Positions 20,297-30,349 are shown, counted from the first letter of the stretch. The stretch: 64,000 bases of DNA from Roseibacillus sp. (GCA_965242925.1 CBDEUM010000018.1:65041-129040); one strand, 5' to 3'. Notes: generated from the sequence alone by a model not told the origin. Numbers and translations are program-made.

Positions 20297-21262
20297 TCAG
20301 ATTGCCGGGTCGTTGCCCTGCATTTTGGCGAGGAGCTTCTGGTTGAACTCGTCGGCCATGTCGTAGCCGAGGCGGCGTAGTTGCAGGTCAAGGGCGGCCA
20401 CCGTCACGAGGCGGGCGGTGTCGCGTCCGGCGGCCACCGGAATCTCCACGTGGGGAACCGAGTGGTCGAGGATGACATGGCCTTCGCGGTGTAGGCCCAG
20501 ACGATCAACATTGTTGAGGTCGCGTTCGTCCTTCAGGGTGACCACCAGGTCGAGTCGTTTTTCCGGGCGGATGGAGGAAAGTCCGTAGAGGTTGGCTGCG
20601 TTGATGATGCCGATACCGCGCATCTCGATGTAGCCGCGGGCCAGATCCGGACAGGAGGCGATCAATTCGTCGCCGTGGCGTTTTATGCGAACCATGTCGT
20701 CCGCTACGAGAGCGCCACCCCGTTCGAGGAGACCAATGGCGGTTTCGCTTTTTCCTGATCCGCTGCTGCCAATGATGAGGATGCCCACGCCGCGGAAGTC
20801 GACCATGCAACCGTGCAGGGTGGTCGATTCCGAGAACTCCTGTTCGAGGAGAATGGAGGCGAGGTTGAGGAACTGCATGGTCACCATCGGGGTGCGGAAG
20901 ATGGTGAGCTTGTACTCGGAAGCGATGGCCAGCAGTTCGTCGGGAAGGATGTGATCGCGGGAGGTTACGACACAGGGGATGTTCTTTTCACAGACTTGGC
21001 GGAAGCGTTGGGCACGCAGGCTGGGGTTGAGTTTTTTGAGATAGGAAGCTTCCGAATTGCCGATGATCTGGATGCGCTTGTTGGCGAAGTAGGTGAAGAA
21101 ACCTGCCAGCGCGAGTCCGGGGCGGTTGGGGGCTGGTTCACGGATGGTTCGTTCGAAGCCGTCCTGCGAGTCACCGACCAACCTGAGCTTGAGGGCCTCA
21201 TGGTGGCGTTCGTAGAAGCGGCTCACGCTGATGGAGGTGATCTTTTTCACCCGGGATGCCAT
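20297..21262 (-). CDS. hprK: HPr(Ser) kinase/phosphorylase
   Basis: RPGLALAGFF, Walker A GSSGSGKSE, LVADD and EMRGIGII motifs. Confidence 0.95.
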   Translation of the reverse strand: MASRVKKITSISVSRFYERHHEALKLRLVGDSQDGFERTIREPAPNRPGLALAGFFTYFANKRIQIIGNSEASYLKKLNPSLRAQRFRQVCEKNIPCVVTSRDHILPDELLAIASEYKLTIFRTPMVTMQFLNLASILLEQEFSESTTLHGCMVDFRGVGILIIGSSGSGKSETAIGLLERGGALVADDMVRIKRHGDELIASCPDLARGYIEMRGIGIINAANLYGLSSIRPEKRLDLVVTLKDERDLNNVDRLGLHREGHVILDHSVPHVEIPVAAGRDTARLVTVAALDLQLRRLGYDMADEFNQKLLAKMQGNDPAI

Positions 21263-21465
21263 GGCCCCAAGGTAGTGCGTCCGGGGAAATATCTAAATGC
21301 TAAATCTCAGTTTCGAGACCTCAAACCACGGATTTCGGAGTCCAGGGGCGGACCGGACCTGCTCTTGGGCAGGAGCAGTGGCATTATGAGCGGTAATCCC
21401 TGGGGGTGTGCTGCGTGCGATGTCTTGCGGGGATTGGCGAATTCCCCAATGCAGGATCCCGCTGT

Positions 21466-22074
21466 TTAAACGGTGGTGTTCAGTTCCACGAGGGCGTAGT
21501 CGCTGTCCTCCCGCCGCTTGTAGACAATCTGGAGGACATTTCGCCGGGCGTTCTTGAAGAGGACGAACGGGCGATCGCTCAGTTCCAGTTCCATGAGCGC
21601 CTCTTCCTTGAAGAGAGTGGGCAGGTGGAAGGATTCCTCGCGGGTCTTGCTTGGCCCCGGCTCCGTTCCGTCGTGCTCCTCCTCAATGACGTGGGTATCG
21701 AGGAAATCAGACGCATAGATTTTCTCATCGAGAAACCTGATGGCATCCTTGGCGCGGGGGCGATGTCGCTTGAGGAGTCGCGTCTTGTGCTTTCGCATTC
21801 GGCGGGCGATCTTGTCGATGGTCTCGTCAGTGCTCTTGTACATGTCCTCGGTCTCGGAGGAAGCGTCGATGGTGATATGATTGGCGCAAAAGAGGAGAAT
21901 TTCAGCGGTGTGGCGTTTGCCCTGCACGTCCAGGATCGCTTTGGCCTCGATGATTTTCGGGTAGTCGAGATGAAGACCCTCAATCTTGCTGGTGGCGTAT
22001 TCCTTGAGGAAGGCGGTCGCCTGTTCGTGGCGGACGGTTATGGTGATGTGCGGTTTGAGGTTTGCGTTTTGCAT
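21466..22074 (-). CDS. hpf: Ribosome hibernation factor, long form (HPF/RaiA)
   Basis: ITVRH...DMYKSTDETIDKIARRMRKHK N-domain; EEALMELELSDRPFVLFKN...VYKR C-domain. Confidence 0.9.
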   Translation of the reverse strand: MQNANLKPHITITVRHEQATAFLKEYATSKIEGLHLDYPKIIEAKAILDVQGKRHTAEILLFCANHITIDASSETEDMYKSTDETIDKIARRMRKHKTRLLKRHRPRAKDAIRFLDEKIYASDFLDTHVIEEEHDGTEPGPSKTREESFHLPTLFKEEALMELELSDRPFVLFKNARRNVLQIVYKRREDSDYALVELNTTV

Positions 22075-22282
22075 TGGAATCTTGTCGTGGGTGAGGACGG
22101 GAAAAGAACTTTCGAACTCTCGATCCATCACCTTTCAACATAGAGCACTAAAGCCACGAGCGCTACTTCCTCCTTTTGGGGGATGTTTCGATTGTTGATT
22201 AATCGAACGTTCTCATCCGAATGGACGATCTCCCCATACGATCCTCCTATGGATTGTTGCAGGTCTTCCCCTGGCCGGCGAT

Positions 22283-22310
22283 TCTCAAGATCTCCTAGGA
22301 GATCTTGAGA
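22283..22310. other. Perfect 28-bp palindrome TCTCAAGATCTCCTAGGAGATCTTGAGA
   Basis: Read directly; lies 5 bp past the lptB stop. Confidence 0.9.
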
Positions 22311-22315
22311 TATGC

Positions 22316-23104
22316 TTACATGGAGAAGTTCTCGCCCAGGTAGTGGCGGCGGGCCACGGGGTCGTTGGCCAGTTGCTCGGAAGGCCCCTCCAGGACCACG
22401 CGGCCTTCGAGGAGAAGGTAGGCACGGTCGACGATCTGCAGGGTTTCGCGCACGTTGTGATCGGTGATGAGCAGGGAGATGCCGTAGTCGTTGCGGAGTT
22501 GCTTGATGATCTCCTGGATATCAAGAACTGCGATGGGATCGACGCCGCTGAACGGTTCGTCGAGCATAAGGAGGCTGGGCTCGGTGCAGAGTGACCGTGC
22601 TATTGAGAGGCGGCGTTTTTCTCCACCGGAGAGCGTGAGAGCAGAGGAGCGGCGCACGCCTTCGATGCCGAAACGCTCTAGCAACTCTTCGCAGCGGGCA
22701 TGTCGCTGTCTGCGATTCAAGTCGCGACGGGTCTCCAGGACAGCCAGGAGATTCTGCTCTACGCTGAGCTTGCGGAAGATGGATTCTTCCTGGGGGAGAT
22801 AGCCGAGGCCGTGGCGGGCCCGCTTGTGCATGGGCAACCGGGTAACGTTACGGTCGCCCATGCGAACCTGACCAGCGTCGGGGGGAATGAGGCCGGCGAT
22901 CATGTAGAAGGTAGTGGTTTTGCCGGCCCCATTGGGGCCAAGCAGACCAACCACTTCACCTGGCCCCACCGTGAGGCTCACGCTCTCCACCACCGGGCGG
23001 CCGCTGTAGACCTTGCGGAGGCCCTCCACCTGCAGGACAGGTGAAGCCGCTCCCGGGGCCGGGATGGGGATCGGTTGTGGTTGTTGTTCAGCGTTGGCGT
23101 CCAC
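22316..23104 (-). CDS. lptB: LPS export ABC transporter ATPase
   Basis: GPNGAGKTTTF, YLPQEESIFRKL, LSGGEKRR, DEPFSGVDP and ITDHNVRETL motifs. Confidence 0.95.
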   Translation of the reverse strand: MDANAEQQPQPIPIPAPGAASPVLQVEGLRKVYSGRPVVESVSLTVGPGEVVGLLGPNGAGKTTTFYMIAGLIPPDAGQVRMGDRNVTRLPMHKRARHGLGYLPQEESIFRKLSVEQNLLAVLETRRDLNRRQRHARCEELLERFGIEGVRRSSALTLSGGEKRRLSIARSLCTEPSLLMLDEPFSGVDPIAVLDIQEIIKQLRNDYGISLLITDHNVRETLQIVDRAYLLLEGRVVLEGPSEQLANDPVARRHYLGENFSM

Positions 23105-23118
23105 GTTAATACCGATGG

Positions 23119-25629
23119 CTAGTTTGTTTTCTCGTTGCGAAGCTTTTCGAAGTTTTTGTCCTTGAGGTCAAAGAATTGTTCCCAGGCGCCGCGGGAAAGC
23201 TCAAAGCTGCCATTTGGATGGAAAAGGATGTAGAGGCCGTTCTCGCGGGCTTCGAAGAAGCTCTTTCCCTGACGGATTCCAGGGCGTCCGCCGCGCAGGG
23301 CGAGGATTCCCGAGCTGGCCTCGTAGGTGGCGGCGGTGGAGTTGGCCACCACCGGTTGCGCGCCGGCTCCGGGGATGCGGGTGATGAAGACATTCCCGAG
23401 GGCCACGATCTTATCGACATCGGAAAACGCTTCCGGTCCTTTCAGGCGATTTTCCGTGGTTTCTTCACGCCGGGTCAGAGTGATGCGCATGCTATCACTG
23501 CAGCGCAGGCGGAAACGTGGCTCTTGCACCGCGATCTCACCGAGGTAGACAACCTCGCCCTTGATTGAATCGAAGTAGAACCCGCCCTCGCATGTCACGG
23601 TGATAAGCTCGGCCGTTTTTTTCTTTTCACCCTTCCTCCGGCGCAGATTGGCGAGGTCGCCGGTGGTGATCCACGGGCCTGGTTCGGCAAAGAGGCTGCC
23701 GTTTTCGTAGAAGCGCATGTAGAGATCGGGCTTTCCGCCCCGCAGGGAATTGTCACCCTGGCTGATGGCAGGCGTTCCTCCGCGCAGCATGATGTTTGCA
23801 GTCGCCACGTCGAGAATGGCATGTTGAGCGGTCGCAATGACAGCGGCGCGTTTTCCGTCGGGATCTTCCCGGATAAGACGCACCCTGCCGCTGGCCACCA
23901 CGTGGGTAATATCGGAGAAGGCTTCCGGTCCGGCCAAGTCCCCGCCCGAGGCTTCGGGTTTCCTTCCCAGGAAGATCTTGATCTCGTCGTCGGCCTGGAT
24001 GTGAAATTGCGGATGCTGGACCTTGACGTCCTTGAGATAGACGATGTGGCCCTCCCGTGCGTCGAAGTAAAGGCCGCCACGGGAGGTGACGACGACCAGT
24101 TGCGGTTTTCCGGCTTCTCTTCCGGGCTTCACCTCCGCCTTTTTGTCGTTGTCACCTCTCTCGCGTCCCTGCGGGGAAGGTGGGTTGGCGGGTGCAGAGG
24201 GTTCGGAATCTCCGCCGGTCGGATGTCTTGTCGCGGGTGTCGCGTCGGGTGAGGGCTTCTCCCGGGTGTCGGCGCCATTCCCCAGGTGCTTGAGAGCGGA
24301 GAGGTCGCCCACGGTGGTCCAGAGGCCTTCCTCTGCATAGAAGTCCCCGTTCTGGTAGAGGCGGAGATAGAGATCGGGGCTCCCAGCGGTGAGGGAGTTG
24401 AGTCCCTGGCTGATGGTGGGGGTGCCGCCTTGCAGGACGATGTCTCCGGTGCGACGGTTGACGACGGCGGTCTCACCGGTGGCGATGCTGGGCGGATTCC
24501 TGCCGGAGGGATCCTTGAGAGTCACCCGCACCCCACCTGAGATCACGAAGAGGTAGGGGTCGACCAGTTCGGAAAAGGTTTTTTCTTTTTCCCGGTTCCC
24601 ACCCTCCACCGGGGGGGTGTTGTCCCTGCTGGATGTATCCGAGTTTCTGATGGCCTTGGAGAGATCCTGGGGGGGGAAGAAAACCTTGAGGTGTCCGGCG
24701 CAGGTTAGCGTGAAGCGGGACTCGGTAACCTCGATGTTGCGGAGGTAGGAAATGTGCCCGCGCTCGGGGTTGAGGAACATGCCGCCTTCCGCCGTGATCA
24801 GGACTTCTCCCCCGGTTGCTTTGACGGGCGGAGGAGTTACAGGGTTTCCCTGGGAGACGGGGGAGAGGAGTTTTGATTCCGGAATCTGTATGGTATGCGA
24901 AAAGCTGCGAAGGTCGGCATCCGCCTTTCCGCTCGACTGACGGCTTTGAGTCATGAAGTTGCGCGTGGGAGCACGGTTGGCGAGGACTGACCTGGTGCGC
25001 GACTGGAGGAGGGTGTCGATCTTGCGGCGTTCTGTGCCGGTCAGGCCTTCAGGTCCCGTGAAAGCGGTGGCGAGTTCGCTAAGACCCGCAGGCGAGAGGG
25101 GATTTTCCGGGGGGTGTTCATTTTTTCCGGAGGCAGGAGGATTCCCTTTCGGGTTGTCCGACGCGGTCAAGAGGGTGGAGACCGGACCGCGTAAGAAGCC
25201 GGAGCGGGACTCCAGGTGGAAGATGCCTCCTGCTCCCTGGCCCCGGATCTTCTCACCGCGCAGGGTGATGACCTTATGGGCCCGGAGTATTCCCGTGTTG
25301 AGGGAGAAGTTTGCTGAGCCCATGCGCATGCGGATCAGAACGGAGTCGTCCTGAAAATAGCGCAGAGCAATATTCTCTGCGCGGAGGTCCCGCTTGGTGA
25401 GAACCTTGAGGAAGTCGGATTGCAGGAGCGCCATGCGCTCGAGCTTCTTGTTGAAGACGGGGATGCGGACTTCCTTCAACATGCTCCCGGCCGGCAGGTT
25501 GTCCATTATTGGCCCCAGTTTCTGGTAGGGGAGTTCCGGATTCTTTCCCTCCGGCTCCTCCTGTGCCGGTGCGCGTTCGGGGCCGGTCCCGAAAAGGACG
25601 AGAGCCAGAAGAAGCGGAGAAGCACGCAT
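23119..25629 (-). CDS. Large periplasmic LptC/LptA(OstA)-like multi-repeat protein
   Basis: Occupies the lptC-lptA position between kdsA and lptB; signal peptide; one LptC-like segment plus three beta-strand-rich repeats. Confidence 0.65.
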   Translation of the reverse strand: MRASPLLLALVLFGTGPERAPAQEEPEGKNPELPYQKLGPIMDNLPAGSMLKEVRIPVFNKKLERMALLQSDFLKVLTKRDLRAENIALRYFQDDSVLIRMRMGSANFSLNTGILRAHKVITLRGEKIRGQGAGGIFHLESRSGFLRGPVSTLLTASDNPKGNPPASGKNEHPPENPLSPAGLSELATAFTGPEGLTGTERRKIDTLLQSRTRSVLANRAPTRNFMTQSRQSSGKADADLRSFSHTIQIPESKLLSPVSQGNPVTPPPVKATGGEVLITAEGGMFLNPERGHISYLRNIEVTESRFTLTCAGHLKVFFPPQDLSKAIRNSDTSSRDNTPPVEGGNREKEKTFSELVDPYLFVISGGVRVTLKDPSGRNPPSIATGETAVVNRRTGDIVLQGGTPTISQGLNSLTAGSPDLYLRLYQNGDFYAEEGLWTTVGDLSALKHLGNGADTREKPSPDATPATRHPTGGDSEPSAPANPPSPQGRERGDNDKKAEVKPGREAGKPQLVVVTSRGGLYFDAREGHIVYLKDVKVQHPQFHIQADDEIKIFLGRKPEASGGDLAGPEAFSDITHVVASGRVRLIREDPDGKRAAVIATAQHAILDVATANIMLRGGTPAISQGDNSLRGGKPDLYMRFYENGSLFAEPGPWITTGDLANLRRRKGEKKKTAELITVTCEGGFYFDSIKGEVVYLGEIAVQEPRFRLRCSDSMRITLTRREETTENRLKGPEAFSDVDKIVALGNVFITRIPGAGAQPVVANSTAATYEASSGILALRGGRPGIRQGKSFFEARENGLYILFHPNGSFELSRGAWEQFFDLKDKNFEKLRNEKTN

Positions 25630-25718
25630 GGGAGGGAGCTGGAGCGTAAGGGCCTGGGTTATGGACTAGACGTTCTGGCTGGAAAGGGCAGGGCTGTTCT
25701 CCGGGGCGGGGAGCGCCG

Positions 25719-26537
25719 TCAGGTGGAGAGAGCCCGGTGAATCTTCATCAGGGAGATGAGGACGGCTTCGATCTGTCCAAGGGAAATCTGGTTGGGTCCG
25801 TCGGAGAGAGCTTCCGCAGGGTTGGAGTGTGTTTCCATGAAAATGCCATCCACTCCGGTGGCCATTGCGGCGCGGGCCAGAACGGGGGCCAGTTCTCCGT
25901 CGCCTCCGGTCGTCCCTCCCAGGCCACCCGGACGCTGGACCGAATGAGTAGCGTCGAAGATGACGGGAATGCCCTCCTGTCGGATCCAGTAGAGGGAGCG
26001 CATGTCGGCCACCAGGTTGTTGTAGCCAAAGGTCGTCCCGCGTTCGGTGATGAGGAATCGTTCGCAACCGAAGGAACGCAGCTTACCGGCAATATTGGTG
26101 CAATCCCAGGGGGCGAGGAACTGGCCTTTCTTCACGTTCACGGCCCGCCCGGTGGCGGCACAGGCCTCCAGTAGATCGGTCTGGCGGCAGAGGAAAGCGG
26201 GCACTTGGAGAAGGTCGACATGCTCGGCCGCGATCGCAGCCTCCTCCGCCGTATGGATGTCGGTGGTGACCGGGATACCGAGTTCTCTCCCGATCTCACC
26301 GAGGATGCGGCATCCCGCTTTCACACCTGGTCCACGGTAGGAATCGATTGCCGTACGGTTGGCCTTGTCGTAGGAGGCCTTGAAAAGGAGGGGCACGTCC
26401 AGGCGGGAGGAGATTTCAGTGAGGGCGCGCGCCATTTCCCAGGCAAACTCCTCGCTTTCCAGGCCACAGGGGCCGAGGATGAAAAAGGGGTGCCCTCCGC
26501 CAACTTCGACGTTCTGGATCGTGAAGGAATCTACCAT
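25719..26537 (-). CDS. kdsA: KDO-8-phosphate synthase
   Basis: KASYDKANRT, PAFLCRQTD, VKKGQF, ERG and DATHSVQ motifs. Confidence 0.97.
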   Translation of the reverse strand: MVDSFTIQNVEVGGGHPFFILGPCGLESEEFAWEMARALTEISSRLDVPLLFKASYDKANRTAIDSYRGPGVKAGCRILGEIGRELGIPVTTDIHTAEEAAIAAEHVDLLQVPAFLCRQTDLLEACAATGRAVNVKKGQFLAPWDCTNIAGKLRSFGCERFLITERGTTFGYNNLVADMRSLYWIRQEGIPVIFDATHSVQRPGGLGGTTGGDGELAPVLARAAMATGVDGIFMETHSNPAEALSDGPNQISLGQIEAVLISLMKIHRALST

Positions 26538-26775
26538 CGGTTCGTGGTGCCACCACCATGCCGCAGGCTGGGGACTGATTCAATAGCGGGATTGGGCCGG
26601 GAGGACTTCTTGCCTCCGGATCCGGTTTCCCGGGGTCCCGATGAGAGTGGAATGCCCTGCCAGGGATGGCTGTCAGCGGCAAAGTTCCGGGGGTGTCCTC
26701 GGGATTTCCGCTGCTTGCGGCAACAATCCGTGCCGCCCTCCCTCCCTATCGCTGCAGGCGCTGCAGAAGGTTGAA

Positions 26776-27045
26776 TCAGGCTCCGGCAGCCTCCCCCTGT
26801 GCCTCAACCTCGGAGTGGAGGGAGCGTAGATTCAGCAAGGCGGTTTGAAGGAGCTTGTCTTCTTCCGGTGTTCGATTGCCCGTGGTCTTGTTTTCCAGCA
26901 TCTCAAGCGAATCGAGAACCGAACGGGCGGCCTTGATATTCACTTCCAGCTTTCCACTGGTGGGATTGGGGACCTGGCCGAGGAACATTCCTGCGTTCTG
27001 GGCCTGCAGGATGACAAAGTCGGCGAAGCGTGGGTCGTTCTCCAT
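26776..27045 (-). CDS. DUF1844 family protein
   Basis: LGQVPNPTSG...ARSVLDSLEMLENKTTGNRTPEE pattern. Confidence 0.75.
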   Translation of the reverse strand: MENDPRFADFVILQAQNAGMFLGQVPNPTSGKLEVNIKAARSVLDSLEMLENKTTGNRTPEEDKLLQTALLNLRSLHSEVEAQGEAAGA

Positions 27046-27155
27046 GAGGTGTCGTCGGGACGGTTACACCGGATGAAGGCAGAAGGCCAGTCGTTACCAC
27101 ACGCGAAATCTCTGAGGGTTTCCTCCGGTCCTGCAGAAGTCGGACGGATGGGCAT

Positions 27156-29702
27156 TCAGGGACCGGTCTGAGGGCTGACTGTTGCGATGACCGGGTCTCT
27201 CCCGAAGTACCTCCGGGCGGTGGCAAGGATCTCTTCAGCAGTGAGGGACTTGACTCTTTCAGCGTGTTCGAGGTGGTGGAGGGGCCCAAGGCCGAAAAGG
27301 GTGTTGAGGGCACAGACCTGCGCCATGGAGTGGTTGCTCTGGTTTTCGAGTGCATCACTGGCCAGAACGCTGGTCTTGGCATGGGCCAGGGGATTCTCCG
27401 GGATGCCTTCTTGGGTGAGGATCTCTATCTGGGTAAGCAGTTCGCGGCGGGCCACGTCAGCCTGATCGGGCGCTGTTCCCACGTAGAAAGCGAAGAGCCC
27501 GGTACCCAGGCCGTGAAACTGGGTGGCATTGACGTAGTAGGCCAGTCCCAGTTCTTCCCTCAGTCGCGTGAAGAGGGGGCCAGCCATGTTGGCGCAATAC
27601 TCGTGGATCAATTCCAGGGCGGGGATGTCCTCGGAGGTGATGTGGGCACCCGGGTAGCCGATGGCAATGACAGCCTGTTCCTTGGTCAGACGCCTGGAGA
27701 CCTCGCCGGAATTGATCTCTTGCCCGGTTCCGGAGGCGGTTTCGCTGGTCGATCCTTCAGGGAGGGAGGCAAAGATCCCCTCACATAGGTCCGCGGTGGC
27801 ATCGGGATCGATGTCTCCAAAAACGGCCAGCACACCGTTCTGGCGCGTCATGAAGCGGAGGTGGTGGTCAAGGAGGGCCTGGCAGTCGATTTTTTCGAGC
27901 GATTCCTCGGTGCCGAGACGTGGGAGGCCATAGTGCCGATCTCCAAAGAGGGTGCTGCGCAGGAGCCGGAAGGCCGTCTTGAGGGGATCTTCCATCGCTT
28001 CCCGAAGGTCCGTGCGTTGAACCTCACGTTCCCGGGTGAGCGTATCTTCCTGAAAGGCCGGTATGCTCAGCGCTTCCCCTGACAAGCCGAGGACGGTAGC
28101 AAGGTCGGGCTGGAGACAGAAGGAGGACACGATGGTGGTGTTGTTGCCCGCGCTGGCGTGCACGGTTGCACCAAGGGACTCAACCTCCCGGGCGAATTCA
28201 CCGCCGGGGTGGTCCGTGGTGCCCCTGGTGAGAAGGGATGCATGCAGCGGATTAATGCCGCAGTTCCCGGGAGTCTCCGCCAGGCGGCCTGCACGGAAGA
28301 CACCCTGAAAATGCACGGTGGGCACCCTGGGGTCAGGCCGCAGCACGAGGGTGATCCCGTTGTCGAGGGTCCGCGTTGTGATTTCACCCGGAGCCTTGCT
28401 CGAACGTGTCACATGAGCAGGGGCATGCGTCTCGGTGGGATCGAGAGATGTGATGGTGAGCCCATCAGGTCGGAGATAGTGGTGAGCCACCCGCACGAGG
28501 TCGTTGGGGGTTACCTGATCGAGCAGATCAAGGTAGTCACGGGTGAAATCGAGGTTACGTGCCTCATGCCAGTTGGAGGCCAGATCAGCAGCGCGTCCCG
28601 AGGCGGTGGCGAGGGTTTTGAACTGACTGGCGAAAACCTGCCGACGGGCCCTGTCGAGAGCCGGTTGCAGTTCGCTTTCGAGGGCCGGGGTGAGTTCGGC
28701 GAGGACGGCCTGCTCCAGGCGGTCACGTTGATCATGATCGACCTCCGCGGAAATACTGAACATTCCGGGGCCGTCTGCGGGACTCCAGGCCCAGGTTCCG
28801 ATGTAATGGGCGAGTCCCTCCTGCTCGTGGAAGCGGCGGTAGAGGTAGGACGATCGCCCTCCTCCGAGTGCGCCGGAGAGCAGTTCAAGGGCGGGGGTAT
28901 CCGGGTGATCGAGTCCCGGCGTCTGCCACGCCAGGGTGGTTTTGCTGACCGGGATGGCGAAAGGTTGGCGCGCTTCCCGTTGTCCGAGTTGACGGGGTTC
29001 CTGTAGACCATTGACCCGGGAGAGAGCCCGGCCGGGCAGGCGCTCACTCATCTGTTCCAGGTTGGCCAGGACGGTGGTGCGGTCGAAGTCGCCCGAGAGA
29101 ACAAAGATGCTGTTGGAAGGGAGGTAGCACCGGCGGTGATAATCCATCATGTCTTCGTAGCTGAGGGCGTCGAAGAGTCTGCGATGTCCGATGACGGGAT
29201 GGCGGCGGGGGTCGTGCTGAAAGAAGGTCTGAAAGAGGAGTTGGCTGGCGGCGGAGTCAGGATCGTCCCGGCCCATGTCAATCTCGCGCCGGATCACTTC
29301 GCGCTCGGTTTCGAAATCCTCCTCCGGGAAGCTGGGGAGGAAGGCCAGTTCGAAGAGGATATGGACAAAGGTGTCACAGGCAGTGCTGGGACCATCGATG
29401 TAATAGACTGTCCGGTCCAGGGAGGTGTAGGCATTCCATTGCCCTCCCGCGGAGTTTACGCGGGTGGCCAGTTCCGCTCCCGGAAAGGAATCCGTGCCTT
29501 TGAACACCATGTGTTCGAGGAGGTGCGAGAGTCCGCTGCCGGAGAAGTGCTCCTCGTGCTGGCTGCCGGTCGCGATCCAGCACTGGGCGGAGACAACCGG
29601 GGCGGTTTGATCCACCTGCATGATGACAGTAAGCCCGTTGGAGATGGTGTGCAGCGAGGCGTCGGTGGCGGGGAATTGCATTGGTTGTCGGAGGAGAGGC
29701 AT
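27156..29702 (-). CDS. M16 family (pitrilysin-like) zinc peptidase with fused halves
   Basis: SHLLEHMVFKG (HxxEH), NAYTS and EREVIRRE motifs; second half lacks the catalytic motif. Confidence 0.93.
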   Translation of the reverse strand: MPLLRQPMQFPATDASLHTISNGLTVIMQVDQTAPVVSAQCWIATGSQHEEHFSGSGLSHLLEHMVFKGTDSFPGAELATRVNSAGGQWNAYTSLDRTVYYIDGPSTACDTFVHILFELAFLPSFPEEDFETEREVIRREIDMGRDDPDSAASQLLFQTFFQHDPRRHPVIGHRRLFDALSYEDMMDYHRRCYLPSNSIFVLSGDFDRTTVLANLEQMSERLPGRALSRVNGLQEPRQLGQREARQPFAIPVSKTTLAWQTPGLDHPDTPALELLSGALGGGRSSYLYRRFHEQEGLAHYIGTWAWSPADGPGMFSISAEVDHDQRDRLEQAVLAELTPALESELQPALDRARRQVFASQFKTLATASGRAADLASNWHEARNLDFTRDYLDLLDQVTPNDLVRVAHHYLRPDGLTITSLDPTETHAPAHVTRSSKAPGEITTRTLDNGITLVLRPDPRVPTVHFQGVFRAGRLAETPGNCGINPLHASLLTRGTTDHPGGEFAREVESLGATVHASAGNNTTIVSSFCLQPDLATVLGLSGEALSIPAFQEDTLTREREVQRTDLREAMEDPLKTAFRLLRSTLFGDRHYGLPRLGTEESLEKIDCQALLDHHLRFMTRQNGVLAVFGDIDPDATADLCEGIFASLPEGSTSETASGTGQEINSGEVSRRLTKEQAVIAIGYPGAHITSEDIPALELIHEYCANMAGPLFTRLREELGLAYYVNATQFHGLGTGLFAFYVGTAPDQADVARRELLTQIEILTQEGIPENPLAHAKTSVLASDALENQSNHSMAQVCALNTLFGLGPLHHLEHAERVKSLTAEEILATARRYFGRDPVIATVSPQTGP

Positions 29703-29820
29703 CGTTATTGGGGCGAGTGGTGAGGCAGGTCAAGCGGGATGCCTGCCACGACCGTTCTGCCAAGGACCGGGATTCCCTAAATTCCCTTGGCGTGAGGGGG
29801 TGATTTGCTAGAAGAGCTTT

Positions 29821-30318
29821 ATGTCCCGGCCGGTTGTTGTCGTCATTACCGTCATTTTGCTCCTTGGTCTGGTGGGGGGAGGAATCCTGGGCTGGATGTT
29901 CATGAGCAGGGATCGGGTGGGCGTTCTGAATTACCAGGTACAGGTGGAGGAGGGGGCCAATATGCGGGAGGTTCTTGCGAAGGAAGAGGAGTTCCTGCAG
30001 AGCGATCAGGTTCTCAAACAGGTGATCAAGAACCTGAGCCTCATCGAGGGGTGGAGCATGGATTCCGAGGAGGAAGCGCTCTCTCACATGCGCACCAAGC
30101 TCATCGTGAAGGAAGACCGGATAGGTGCCCGCGTGCGGGTGATCTATCGGGACCGCAAGCAGAATCGGGCCCTGGAGATCCTGCAGGAGATCAAGAAGGT
30201 TTTCACCCCGATACGCTCTGAGGCCGTTCGTAGGAATGAGTTGCCACCGCTCATGCCCATGGATGACGAGGGAGCTGAGGATGATTCCAATTGGGCTCCC
30301 CTGCCGGCAAGTCCCTGA
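29821..30318 (+). CDS. Hypothetical single-TM protein (weak Wzz/chain-length-determinant-like features)
   Basis: N-terminal TM helix; EFLQSDQVLKQVIKNL motif. Confidence 0.6.
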   Translation: MSRPVVVVITVILLLGLVGGGILGWMFMSRDRVGVLNYQVQVEEGANMREVLAKEEEFLQSDQVLKQVIKNLSLIEGWSMDSEEEALSHMRTKLIVKEDRIGARVRVIYRDRKQNRALEILQEIKKVFTPIRSEAVRRNELPPLMPMDDEGAEDDSNWAPLPASP

Positions 30319-30349
30319 GACTGGTCGACAAGCTGCTCTCGCAGGAGGC

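Noticed and set aside
24669..24676. Homopolymer runs (G8 here, T8 at 5239-5246, A8 at 55570-55577) as phase-variation sites
   Set aside because: The runs are short and the reading frames are intact; nothing supports slippage without read data.
26674..26713. Hairpin upstream of kdsA as a riboswitch
   Set aside because: It is a single GC-rich stem that pairs better on the non-coding strand and matches no aptamer consensus.
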